From Verrucomicrobiia bacterium (GTDB lineage Bacteria; Verrucomicrobiota; Verrucomicrobiia; Limisphaerales; UBA11358): a stretch of 64,000 nt of DNA. The stretch covers positions 12,473 through 76,472 of the forward strand of contig DATCEV010000055.1 of assembly GCA_036509895.1 (NCBI GenBank), read 5' to 3'. Positions 1 to 9,182 of this stretch are shown here, piece after piece. The translations under genes and the position numbers were made by a program. The stretch's first letter is position 1, and each line of letters begins with the position of its first letter. The notes under the pieces are model-generated. The model made no database searches, was not told where the DNA came from, and saw only the letters and a program-made list of their open reading frames with translations.

Positions 1-462
1 CATCGCTGAAAGACTGTTATTCGCGCGATTCCAAACAATCGGCTCGCCCGTCAGCCAGCCTTGCGCATTTTCCACTCTCGCATTGCCGGTCAAAGTCACC
101 GTTTCATTGGTCGCGCCATTTTGAACTTCATAAATATAAACCGCTTTGTCGCTCGTCGCGTGCATGGTTTGGCCGTCGGCATTGGTCGTGTCAATCACCA
201 CGTTCGTCTCGGCCACGATGCGATCCACGCGCCCGCCATCCGCCGGCAGATTCACCGTCAGCCGCGCACACCGCAATTTCATCTGCGGATCGTCCACGCG
301 CACGTCGCCGGTATAAACGGCCTGGCGCGCGTTCAGATTCAAATCAAAATTCACCGTGTCTGATTCAATCCGCGTCCTGGTCGTGACCGTTGAATTTGTC
401 TGCGCGTCCAAATCAAAACCGATGATGAAAATGGCAAAGGCAACAAGATAAAAAAATTTCAC
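1..462 (-). CDS. lptA: LptA/OstA-like periplasmic LPS transport protein, truncated by the window edge
   Basis: Own translation from GTG at 460-462: VKFFYLVAFAIFIIGFDLDAQ (signal peptide), then OstA-like strands (VYTGDVRVDDPQMKLRCARLTV, TLTGNARVENAQGWLTGEPIVW). GTGA overlap with the upstream stop. Gene order is kdsC-lptC-lptA. Confidence 0.6.
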   Translation of the reverse strand, partial: MKFFYLVAFAIFIIGFDLDAQTNSTVTTRTRIESDTVNFDLNLNARQAVYTGDVRVDDPQMKLRCARLTVNLPADGGRVDRIVAETNVVIDTTNADGQTMHATSDKAVYIYEVQNGATNETVTLTGNARVENAQGWLTGEPIVWNRANNSLSAM

Positions 463-920
463 AGTTTGGTTTTATTTTCCGCTGGATTTTCGATCACCGT
501 CCGCACGTTGTTGGAAATGGTCAGAAGCGAATCATTTTGCCGCCACAAAAAGCCATCGCCTTCCACGCGAAATTTTCCGTCGCCGGTCTGAAACTTCAAT
601 GCGCCCGGCGAACTGGCCGTGCGCTGCATCGTGTCATAAACGCAATCCGGCGCTTCCACGATGTATTCGGTTTTTCCGTCCATGCCAAACGTTTCGAGCT
701 TGAGTTTTTTGACCACGAGCAATCCGCCCGCCAGCGGCTGCGCTTCCGCCCCGGACAAGCGTGACTTCATCTGCTGCTGATGCGGCGCGTCAAAGTATTC
801 GACCGAGGTGAAATCGCTCGCGTGCGCGGGGGCGTTCTGCGCGCGAACCATGACCATGAAAAATTTCGCCGCCCATAAGACTGACAAAATCAAAATGGCG
901 CTGTTCAATTTCGTTTTCAT
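459..920 (-). CDS. lptC: LptC-like membrane-anchored LPS export protein
   Basis: Track ORF 459..950. Likely start is MKTKLNSAILILSVLW at 920, an ATGA overlap with the kdsC stop. Single N-terminal TM segment followed by a beta-rich domain. Position between kdsC and lptA. Confidence 0.5.
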   Translation of the reverse strand: MKTKLNSAILILSVLWAAKFFMVMVRAQNAPAHASDFTSVEYFDAPHQQQMKSRLSGAEAQPLAGGLLVVKKLKLETFGMDGKTEYIVEAPDCVYDTMQRTASSPGALKFQTGDGKFRVEGDGFLWRQNDSLLTISNNVRTVIENPAENKTKL

Positions 921-1459
921 TTCGAGTAATGCGTCACGCAAGAATCCCATTTTCCCTGCGCGCGCAAAATCATTTCCGCCACTTCCCGAATCGCGCCGTG
1001 GCCACCCGCCGCGCGCGTGACAAAATCCGCCGCCGCGCGCGCCTCGGCCACGCCGTCGGCAACTGCGACTGAAAATCCTGCGCGCTTCAACGGGCCTAAA
1101 TCAATGATGTCATCGCCGACAAAACAAACTTCATTCCAGCCAAATTTTTCCTGCGCCAAAAGTTTTTCAATCGCAATGCTTTTGGTTTGCTGGTCGTCTT
1201 GCTGGACCAAAAAATGAATTTTCAATTCGTCCGCGCGCAATTTTGTGGCCGCCGATGGCCGCGCCGAAATCCAGCCGATTTTTATTCCCGCCCGCCGCAG
1301 CAAAACCAAGCCGAGGCCGTCGCGGATGTTAAACCGTTTGAATTCGCTCGCGCCCCCGATGAAAACCGAGCCGTCCGTCAAAACGCCGTCCACGTCGCAA
1401 AGAAATAATTTTACACGTGCGGCGCGTTGACGAATGGCGGCTGAAATTTTTGCGGGCAT
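917..1459 (-). CDS. kdsC: 3-deoxy-D-manno-octulosonate 8-phosphate phosphatase
   Basis: HAD motifs LFLCDVDGVLTDG and VCFVGDDIIDL. Length about 180 aa. Lies in a KDO/LPS gene context. Confidence 0.85.
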   Translation of the reverse strand: MPAKISAAIRQRAARVKLFLCDVDGVLTDGSVFIGGASEFKRFNIRDGLGLVLLRRAGIKIGWISARPSAATKLRADELKIHFLVQQDDQQTKSIAIEKLLAQEKFGWNEVCFVGDDIIDLGPLKRAGFSVAVADGVAEARAAADFVTRAAGGHGAIREVAEMILRAQGKWDSCVTHYSK

Positions 1460-1462
1460 AAT

Positions 1463-1678
1463 TCAAAGTGCCGCGATAAATTCTTCCGTAGAAACTCCCG
1501 CCTGCCGAAGAACACCGGCCAGCGTGCCGACTTTTACCTCGAGATGATTGGGAACAACACAACCGGACGAACCACGACGCATGATGATGTGGCTGCCGCG
1601 TTGCCGCACCACTTCAAAACCCAGACGTTGCAAAGCCCGCACAATTTCAGAACCGGAAATGCGCGGTAATTTAGGCAT
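1463..1678 (-). CDS. hicA: HicA-family mRNA interferase toxin
   Basis: MPKLPRISGSEIVRALQRLGFEVVRQRGSHIIM is a typical HicA/YcfA N-terminus. 8-nt overlap with the upstream hicB stop. Confidence 0.8.
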   Translation of the reverse strand: MPKLPRISGSEIVRALQRLGFEVVRQRGSHIIMRRGSSGCVVPNHLEVKVGTLAGVLRQAGVSTEEFIAAL

Positions 1679-1877
1679 GGGCAGCAACTTCGAAAGTTGT
1701 CAGCAATGCCTGTCCAGTCCGTTTCAGCGGAAATTCCTCCAGATAAAGTTCAGTGGCTTCTTGAAGGTTGCTGATCGCTTCCGGCACTGTCTCGCCCTGC
1801 GTGGTGGAACCGGTTTCGGGATTGAAGGCGATGAACCCGCCTTCTTCGGCTGGAATCAAAACAGCGGTAAGTGTCAT
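1671..1877 (-). CDS. hicB: HicB-family antitoxin
   Basis: 68 aa with the HicB-like core GFIAFNPETGSTTQGETVPEAISNLQEATELYLEE. Directly upstream of hicA. Confidence 0.75.
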   Translation of the reverse strand: MTLTAVLIPAEEGGFIAFNPETGSTTQGETVPEAISNLQEATELYLEEFPLKRTGQALLTTFEVAAHA

Positions 1878-1964
1878 GCAATTAATCTGCCCGAATATAC
1901 AACCTTTTCAAGTAATAGTTGCATTAAAGGCTGTTGAAAAACTACACGCCAGGGCATGGAATTT

Positions 1965-2780
<816 letters not shown>

Positions 2781-2889
2781 GCGAAATTTTTAGCAGCGAC
2801 GCGAGGGAAAGTAAATGGCGGTGACGAAGCCAGGAAAACGGCTAAAATTGCGGGCGCAAGCTTGAAACCGCCAGAAAAAGCGCGCTGAT

Positions 2890-3570
2890 TTATTTTTCGC
2901 AAATTTCCCGCGCGTTGATTTGCGTCAAATCTTCCACCGTCCAATCGGGTTGGTGATTTTTTAGTTCGTCCAATTTTGCGCCGCCGGTCGCCACCGCCAG
3001 AACTTTTGCGCCAATAAATTTTCCACAGCGGATGTCAAAGGGCGTGTCGCCGATCACGACAATTTCCTGCGGCTGCAAATTTTTTCCGAGCACGCGGCGT
3101 CCGCGTTCGAGCGCGGCGCGGGCGATGTGATCGCGTTCTTCATGGTCGTCGGCAAACGCGCCGAAATGAAAATGTTCCCAAAGGTCGTAGCGGCGCAATT
3201 TGAGTTCCGCGCCGAGCTTGATGTTGCCGGTGAGCAAACCGAGTGTCGGCGGATTCGGCAATGTCTGCAAATCGCGGATGAATTCAAAGACGCCCTCGCA
3301 CGCATTGCCGCGACTGTACGCGAGGATGTGATCGAGCCAGAAAACGTAGCGGGCAAAAAATCGCTCAAAATGTTCCGGCGATTCGTCGAGGCCGTGGATT
3401 TTGAAAAATTCGCGGACGAGGCTGACGTCGGTGCGCCCGGCGAATTTCATTTTTTCCGAGCCGTGATGCAGATTGAACTCGGTCGCAAAGGTTTTGGCAA
3501 AGGCGTGCGTTCCGGCGTGGCCGGTGTGAACGAGCGTGCCGTCAATGTCGAAGAGAACGAGCCGAATCAT
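2890..3570 (-). CDS. HAD-superfamily hydrolase (phosphoglycolate phosphatase-like)
   Basis: MIRLVLFDIDGTLVHT (DxDGT motif) and VVIGDTPFDIRCG. Start chosen at the internal Met of track ORF 2890..3588. Confidence 0.7.
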   Translation of the reverse strand: MIRLVLFDIDGTLVHTGHAGTHAFAKTFATEFNLHHGSEKMKFAGRTDVSLVREFFKIHGLDESPEHFERFFARYVFWLDHILAYSRGNACEGVFEFIRDLQTLPNPPTLGLLTGNIKLGAELKLRRYDLWEHFHFGAFADDHEERDHIARAALERGRRVLGKNLQPQEIVVIGDTPFDIRCGKFIGAKVLAVATGGAKLDELKNHQPDWTVEDLTQINAREICEK

Positions 3571-3655
3571 GGCCGCACATTTTAGCAAAGAAAAAATTTC
3601 GGGCTAGAATTTAAGCGCAAGACGAAATTATTTTAACTTCAAATTTCTCAAAACT

Positions 3656-5797
3656 TCATGGCGCGCGATGGATGCGGAAAAAATTTATCGGGCCGCCAAA
3701 GTTGTTGGTCGTGAAAGTGAAACTGGCATCGGTGGTCGTGGTCATAATGTTCGTGGCAAAAGGCGTCCACGAAAATAAATCGGCGGAAGTTTCGACGTTG
3801 TAATTGCGATTATTTTGCGATTCCCATGCGAGCGTGAGATTTTGATTGGTTCGCGCGAGGGACAGGATTTTGAACGGCGTGTCGAACGGATTTTTGAAAA
3901 CCATGAGGACGGGCAAATGATCGGAGGCGATTTTATCGTCGTTGCCGTTCAAATTCGGCGGCGGCGGATTCAGCAAATCGGTGCGGAAAACTTCGCTGGC
4001 CGCGAGGTTGGAAAATAAAAGCGGGCAGGGCAAAATGTAATCGAAGCGCGTGTCGAGCGAGCCTTGAATGGATTCGGTCAAATCGGTGCGCGTGGTGGGA
4101 TTGATGGGAATGGTCATTTGCAATCCGGTCGCGGGCGCGGTCAGGCGTTGCAGCGGATGGCCGCTCGTGTAATCGCCGGTCTCGGGGAAAAAAGCGTCCT
4201 CATTCATGTCACCGTCCAAAATGTAAGGATGCGCCGCATTTGTGGAGGTCAGAAAAGTTGCGACAAAATAATTTGAAACCGCCGAGGCTTCCGCCGCGCG
4301 TTTGGCAGCATCATCCGGCGGGTCATCCGTCGTAGATTTCAAGTGCGCGACAAAAACGTGCAACGGCAGCGGCCAGTTCGGCACGGCAATCTGCGCTTCA
4401 AACAAATCGCGGGTAAAATTATCCGCGTTCTGGCTCGACCGGTTGGTGTAACCGAACGGATTCAAATTGGCCGTGTGCAAATGGCTGGCCGAACGTGTGA
4501 TCGGAAACCGGCTGGCGATGACGTTTTGAATGAACGTGTCGCCAAAAGAATTTGTCGCCAGAAAATAGCCGGGCAAAAAGGCTGTCATCCAATTGGCCAT
4601 TTGCGCGAGGCCGTTGGTCGTGGGAATTTCGTTGAACGTGACGATGTCAGGATTGAGATAAATCAATTCGCGGCCGATGGCCTGGACTTGCGGCGCGTTC
4701 GTCGTCCAATCAGTCGCGCCATTGCCTTCGACATTATATTGCAAAATCCGAATCTCGCCGTTCGTCGCCTCGAATGAAACGGGCGCGACGAAAAGCATCA
4801 CCGGGCTGCTCGTGATTGCGCCGGCGACATTCGTAATCGTCACGGAATAATTTCCCGCCTGATGGGTCGTCAAATTATTCAAAGCCAAAGTCGAACTGTT
4901 CGCGCCGATTAAATTGGTTCCATCAAGTTGCCATTGAAAAGCGGGCATCGGATTTCCGTCAGCCGTCACGCTAAAAATCGCGAATCCGCCTTCGCCCGCA
5001 GCTTCATTTTGTGGCCGGGTTAAAATTGTGGGCGCATTTGTGGACGGACTCGTGGCTTGAAAACTGACCGTCAAATCGTCAACGGCCATGCCCGCATCGC
5101 TGCCGTTATCATCTGTATCTCGCCAGCGCAAAAAAATTTCCTGTCCCGGTTGAACGACCGCCCCCCTTAAAACCACACCGTCAAAAATTTGCCGGTTGGT
5201 CGCCGCGTTGCCGTCCAAAACCAGGCTGCTGTTCGTATTGACAACCGGCGAATTGAAATTCAGCGCGTTGAAAGTTGTCCAGGTTTTGGAATTGACCGCG
5301 TCGGCATCCGTCAATGGAGCGTTCGCGAGCTGATATGAAAACGTGAGAACGTTTGTCACGGCACCGGAGCCGTTGGCGGCGCGCCATTCTTCGCCCGCGT
5401 AAGAAATGGTGATGTTCGTTTGCGCGAAAGTCGTGTCATTGGTGAAGCGGACTCCGTAAGCGTAATCCAGGCCGGAGGTGGCGACCGATCCGAGAGCGCG
5501 ATCCCCTGCCGTATTCACGCCGTTCGTTCCAAAACTGTAAAGGCTGCCAATCGAACCCGTGCCGGCGTTGGCGACGTAAGTCACAGCGTTCGTCGCGCCT
5601 TTGGCTGCATACCAGCCCGGCAAAGTAAAATTATTCGTCCAATTATGCGTGCCGCTGGCGGCCAGCGAATCAAAATTTTGCGAATACGTTCCGCCGCTCA
5701 TCAAAATCTGCGCCGAACTTAAGCCAGCCGATAGAATAAAAACGAAAGTCAAAACGATTGGGACTTTTTTGAAAGATCGAACGGCAAAAAGTGACAT
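3656..5797 (-). CDS. Secreted endonuclease/exonuclease/phosphatase (EEP) family protein with an Ig-like domain and a C-terminal beta-sandwich tail
   Basis: Signal peptide. Ig-like segment FQWQLDGTNL..AGNYSVTITN. EEP motifs ILQYNVEG, VTFNEI and SDHLPVLMVF. Tail LTLAWES..WTPF..FFRIHR. Confidence 0.7.
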   Translation of the reverse strand: MSLFAVRSFKKVPIVLTFVFILSAGLSSAQILMSGGTYSQNFDSLAASGTHNWTNNFTLPGWYAAKGATNAVTYVANAGTGSIGSLYSFGTNGVNTAGDRALGSVATSGLDYAYGVRFTNDTTFAQTNITISYAGEEWRAANGSGAVTNVLTFSYQLANAPLTDADAVNSKTWTTFNALNFNSPVVNTNSSLVLDGNAATNRQIFDGVVLRGAVVQPGQEIFLRWRDTDDNGSDAGMAVDDLTVSFQATSPSTNAPTILTRPQNEAAGEGGFAIFSVTADGNPMPAFQWQLDGTNLIGANSSTLALNNLTTHQAGNYSVTITNVAGAITSSPVMLFVAPVSFEATNGEIRILQYNVEGNGATDWTTNAPQVQAIGRELIYLNPDIVTFNEIPTTNGLAQMANWMTAFLPGYFLATNSFGDTFIQNVIASRFPITRSASHLHTANLNPFGYTNRSSQNADNFTRDLFEAQIAVPNWPLPLHVFVAHLKSTTDDPPDDAAKRAAEASAVSNYFVATFLTSTNAAHPYILDGDMNEDAFFPETGDYTSGHPLQRLTAPATGLQMTIPINPTTRTDLTESIQGSLDTRFDYILPCPLLFSNLAASEVFRTDLLNPPPPNLNGNDDKIASDHLPVLMVFKNPFDTPFKILSLARTNQNLTLAWESQNNRNYNVETSADLFSWTPFATNIMTTTTDASFTFTTNNFGGPINFFRIHRAP

Positions 5798-5840
5798 AAA
5801 AAATTACAACTTGAGAAGACCGCAGACAAAATAGCACTGT

Positions 5841-6542
5841 TCATCGTTTTTGATGGTAACTATTTTGCGAATATTTTTGCCGGGCCAATGCTTGCGCGCG
5901 CGCCCAGAAATTTTCGTCCGGCGAAAATTCCTGCCAGTTAACTTCAAATTTTTCGTGCGCGATTTCAAGCATCGCTTTTTCCCAATCGCTGCGCGCCATT
6001 GAAATTGGCGGCGGCTGAATTGAACCTTGAATCAACAATCCCAATTTATTTCTGCGTTGCGCCGCGCCCGCGATTTTTTTTCCGCGCCAAAGCAAATCCG
6101 ATTTTTCATGGCCGACAAAACACGCGCTGCCGATTGCCAATGGCCGATGGTCGATTGCCGATTTTTTTTCGGGCGCCAGTTCCGTTTCAACTTTCAATTT
6201 TGCAAACGCATCGCGGATCCATTCGTGGATGCGGCGATAACTTTCAACCGCCGCCAGCGAATGCCATTCGTGATTTGGCGGCGCGGCAAAACTGTAAGTC
6301 CAGTCCGCGTCGTGCGGCACAATGCCGCCCGCAGTCGGACGCCGGATGAGCGGACGCAAATGCGTCGCGCGCTCAACCTCGGAAAATTTTTGGAAATAAC
6401 CAAACGTCGCCGCCGGTTGTGTCCAGCCGTAAAAACGCAAAACAGGTTTTCCAATTTCCGAAATTTTTTCCAGCAGCATTTCGTCCAATGCCATGTTGAA
6501 CGCGGCGTTGCCTTTGCCGGAATTGAGAAAAAGCCAACTCAT
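5841..6542 (-). CDS. Lipoate/biotin protein ligase family protein (LplA/LipB-like catalytic domain)
   Basis: NMALDEMLL, RRPTAGGIVPHD and GKKIAGAAQRR are typical of the BPL/LPL catalytic domain. Confidence 0.7.
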   Translation of the reverse strand: MSWLFLNSGKGNAAFNMALDEMLLEKISEIGKPVLRFYGWTQPAATFGYFQKFSEVERATHLRPLIRRPTAGGIVPHDADWTYSFAAPPNHEWHSLAAVESYRRIHEWIRDAFAKLKVETELAPEKKSAIDHRPLAIGSACFVGHEKSDLLWRGKKIAGAAQRRNKLGLLIQGSIQPPPISMARSDWEKAMLEIAHEKFEVNWQEFSPDENFWARAQALARQKYSQNSYHQKR

Positions 6543-6544
6543 TC

Positions 6545-6648
6545 AGCCACAGATTTACACAGATTTACACAGATGGAAAATTTATCTGCGCCAATCGGCG
6601 AAATCTGCGGACGCTTTATCTGTGTTTCATCTGTGTCCATCTGTGGCT
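6545..6648. repeat. Large imperfect inverted repeat built from phased CACAGAT units (family A)
   Basis: Left arm is agccacagatttacacagatttacacagatgg. Right arm is ccatctgtg..atctgtggct. It fills the whole nth-lplA-like intergenic gap and contains the nth stop codon. Confidence 0.8.
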
Positions 6649-7307
6649 AAAGTTTCTTTCACTCCGATTCGCGGACACAGTTTCAGCACTTCGCAATGCG
6701 CGCAATCCGGCTTGCGCGCGAAGCAGCGGCGGCGTCCGTGCCAGATCAGCAAATGACTGAACAGCGTCCACTTTTTTTGCGGAACAAGTTCCATCAAATC
6801 TTTTTCAATTTTTTCCGGCGATTTTTGCGGTGTTAAACCCAGCCGAAACGAAAGTCGCGCGACGTGCGTGTCCACGACGACGCCGACGTTGATGCCAAAC
6901 GCATTTCCCAAAACGACGTTCGCCGTTTTGCGTCCAACGCCGCCAAGCTCAATCAATTCTCCCATCGTCTGCGGAACTTTGCCGCCGTATTTTTCCGCGA
7001 TGTCGCGGCAAGCCGCTTTGAGGTTGCGCGCTTTATTTTTGTAAAATCCCGTCGAGCGAATGTCGTTTTCCACTTCGGAGATTTCTGCGTTCGCAAAATT
7101 TTCTGGCGTGCGATATTTTTTGAACAATTTTTCCGTGACGAGGTTGACGCGCTTGTCGGTGCATTGCGCGGAAAGGATCGTGGCGACCAAAAGCTCCAGC
7201 GGCGTTTCGTGAACCAATTCGCAATGCGCGTTCGGATGAGTTTTCTCCAGGCCGGCGATGATTTTTTTCAGCCGCGCGGTTTTGGTTGGGAGCGATTCTC
7301 GGAACAT
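6627..7307 (-). CDS. nth: Endonuclease III (DNA glycosylase/AP lyase)
   Basis: HhH-GPD motif LIELGGVGRKTANVVL and 4Fe-4S cluster CFARKPDCAHCEVLKLC. Start set at MFRESLPTK; the longer track ORF to 7490 reads through a repeat element. Confidence 0.85.
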   Translation of the reverse strand: MFRESLPTKTARLKKIIAGLEKTHPNAHCELVHETPLELLVATILSAQCTDKRVNLVTEKLFKKYRTPENFANAEISEVENDIRSTGFYKNKARNLKAACRDIAEKYGGKVPQTMGELIELGGVGRKTANVVLGNAFGINVGVVVDTHVARLSFRLGLTPQKSPEKIEKDLMELVPQKKWTLFSHLLIWHGRRRCFARKPDCAHCEVLKLCPRIGVKETLATDGHR

Positions 7308-7389
7308 TTCTCCGGCAAGGTTAACCACCGGGACATCAAGGCACGAAGAAAAACTTTGTGACTTGGTGGTTAGCAACGGAGTTACGGAA

Positions 7390-7566
7390 GAAAATAGCCC
7401 GCGGTGAAACCGTGGGTTTAATCGTTCGCATAATTTAAGTTCCGGCAGGAGCGACAGAAATTTGTCGAAGGAAAAATTCTTTCGCCCCATCCGGGGCTTG
7501 TGTCATTGAACGATCTTTTCCCACAGCTTACGCTGTGGGCTACTTTCTATCGCGCCTCCGGCGCTG
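7390..7566. repeat. MITE-like element with hairpin-containing terminal inverted repeats
   Basis: Left end is gaaaatagcccgcggtgaaaccgtggg. Right end is cccacagcttacgctgtgggctactttc, the reverse complement of the left end. Internal hairpins include gccccatccggggc and cgcctccggcg. Confidence 0.45.
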
Positions 7567-7766
7567 AATGGATGCGAGGCTTTCGCGCGGCTCGCGGGCA
7601 CGCGACTTGGCCAGCAGCGCGTCGTGGGAATCTTCCCAAAGTTTTTCATGCTTTCGCAAGTCAATCACGGCTGCCGTTTTTTTACCGCGCTCATCCACCA
7701 TGAAAGTGATTCCGCTTCATGAAAATAATCTGGCAGAAAATCTTCCGACAAAGATAAAGATGTCAT
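7540..7766 (-). pseudogene. Phd/YefM-like antitoxin remnant, apparently frameshifted
   Basis: ATG at 7766 overlaps the ilvA stop (ATGA) and gives MTSLSLSEDFLPDYFHEAESLS. A second frame from 7701 gives MVDERGKKTAAVIDLRKHEKLWEDSHDALLAKSRAREPRESL (own translation). The 3' end runs into the MITE-like element. Confidence 0.35.
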
Positions 7767-9001
7767 GCCGACGGCATGGAATAAAGTTCCACGCCATTTT
7801 CCGCCAGTCGTTTTTGGATTTCTGCGACGTGCGCGCGGTCGCGGGTTTCCACCGTGCATAACACATGAACTCGCGAAAGGTCAGGTCCGGCAAAAGTCCG
7901 GTTGTGAACGATTTCCGTCACGTTCGCTCCAGCATCGGCCAACACGCCAGACAAATGTGCCAAGCTGCCGGGACGATCATTCAATAAAACATCAAAACGA
8001 TAAATGCGTCCGTCTGCCGCCAATCCGCGTTCGATCACGCGGCTGTGCGCCAGCGGATCAATGTTTCCGCCCGTCAGCAATAACACGACTTTGCGACCAG
8101 CGAGTTCCGGCAATTGTCCGCTCAACATCGCGGCCAATCCCGCCGCGCCCGCGCCTTCGATGATGCACCTTTCCAGTTCGGCCAATCGCAGCATCGCCAG
8201 CGCGAGCCATTCTTCCTGAACTTGAACCATTTTGTGAACCAATGGCCGCGCGATGGCGAGCGTGTGTCGTCCGGCTTCGGCCACGGCCAATCCGTCCGCA
8301 AGCGTATATTTTGTAGCGACACGAATTGGTATTTCCGCCGCCAAGCCTGCCGCGAAACACGCGGCGTTTGCAGGTTCAACGCCGATGATTTGCAAATCCG
8401 GTTTGAGCGCGTGAAAAACCGTTGCCACGCCTGCCAACAATCCGCCGCCGCCGACCGGCACAACGACCGCTTCGACGTCGGGAACCTGTTCGAGAATTTC
8501 AAATGCCAGCGTTCCCTGTCCGGCGATGACGCGCGGATCGTCGAATGGATGAACGTAAGTTAATTTTTTTTCTTCGGCCAAACGATTGGCTTCGCTGCGT
8601 GCGTCGTCAAACGTGTCTCCGTAAAGAATCACCGTCGCGCCAAGTTGACGGCAACGCGCGACTTTCACGAGCGGCGCAAAACGCGGCATCACGACCGTCA
8701 CTGGAATTTCAAGCAATTGTCCATGCCGCGCCAAACCCAACGCATGATTTCCCGCCGACGCGGCGATGACTCCCGCACGCGAGTGTTCCGGCGTCAGTTG
8801 CGCCAGCGCGTTGCGCGCGCCGCGTTCCTTGAAACTGCCGGTGCGTTGCAAAAATTCCTGTTTGCAGAAAATGCGCGCGCCGGTCAATTCGCTCAACGCG
8901 GCGGATTCCTCGCATGGCGTGTAACGAATCGCGCCGTTCAAGCGAGAACGCGCCGCGACGATTTCTGAAAGCGGAACCATGATCTTGGATTGATTTTTCA
9001 T
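7763..9001 (-). CDS. ilvA: Threonine ammonia-lyase (biosynthetic threonine dehydratase) with a C-terminal ACT-like domain
   Basis: PLP-fold motifs FKERGARN and ASAGNHA, plus an ACT-like tail. Start set at MKNQSKIMVPL (9001), downstream of the attenuator terminator. Track ORF extends to 9079. Confidence 0.85.
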   Translation of the reverse strand: MKNQSKIMVPLSEIVAARSRLNGAIRYTPCEESAALSELTGARIFCKQEFLQRTGSFKERGARNALAQLTPEHSRAGVIAASAGNHALGLARHGQLLEIPVTVVMPRFAPLVKVARCRQLGATVILYGDTFDDARSEANRLAEEKKLTYVHPFDDPRVIAGQGTLAFEILEQVPDVEAVVVPVGGGGLLAGVATVFHALKPDLQIIGVEPANAACFAAGLAAEIPIRVATKYTLADGLAVAEAGRHTLAIARPLVHKMVQVQEEWLALAMLRLAELERCIIEGAGAAGLAAMLSGQLPELAGRKVVLLLTGGNIDPLAHSRVIERGLAADGRIYRFDVLLNDRPGSLAHLSGVLADAGANVTEIVHNRTFAGPDLSRVHVLCTVETRDRAHVAEIQKRLAENGVELYSMPSA

Positions 9002-9017
9002 AAATGATTTAGGCAAC

Positions 9018-9045
9018 AAAAAAGCCCCGAGCGGAACTCGAGGCT
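9018..9045 (-). terminator. Attenuator terminator (segments 3:4) upstream of ilvA
   Basis: Minus strand reads AGCCUCGAG-UUCCG-CUCGGGGCU, a 9-bp stem with one G-U pair, followed by UUUUUU. Confidence 0.7.
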
Positions 9046-9075
9046 TTGGTGAAAATCGCGTGCTATTGGCAAAAG

Positions 9076-9144
9076 TCATCCAAGCCCCGAATCGGGGCTG
9101 ATAATAATCGCGATGATTATATTGGATGACGCAAAGTTAAACAT
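9076..9144 (-). CDS. Ile-rich leader peptide of the ilvA attenuator (22 aa: MFNFASSNIIIAIIISPDSGLG)
   Basis: Own translation. Six Ile codons fall within seven consecutive codons. The last codons and the stop overlap hairpin AGCCCCG-AUU-CGGGGCU. Confidence 0.65.
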   Translation of the reverse strand: MFNFASSNIIIAIIISPDSGLG

Positions 9145-9155
9145 TGCGAGGTTTA

Positions 9156-9182
9156 ACTATATTAGAAATTGATGCGTGTCAA
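9156..9182 (-). promoter_or_regulatory. Candidate sigma70 promoter for the ilv leader
   Basis: Minus strand reads TTGACA, a 15-nt spacer, then TATAGT, ending about 12 nt before the leader ATG. The spacer is shorter than optimal. Confidence 0.4.

Noticed and set aside
6627-7490. Longer nth ORF with an extra 61 N-terminal residues.
   Set aside because: The extension is read from the MITE-like repeat. The conserved endonuclease III sequence begins near MFRESLPTK.
7763-9079. Longer ilvA ORF starting at 9079 (MTFANSTRF..).
   Set aside because: The extra 26 codons are the translation of the attenuator stems and U-tract. Homology-like sequence begins after MKNQSK at 9001.
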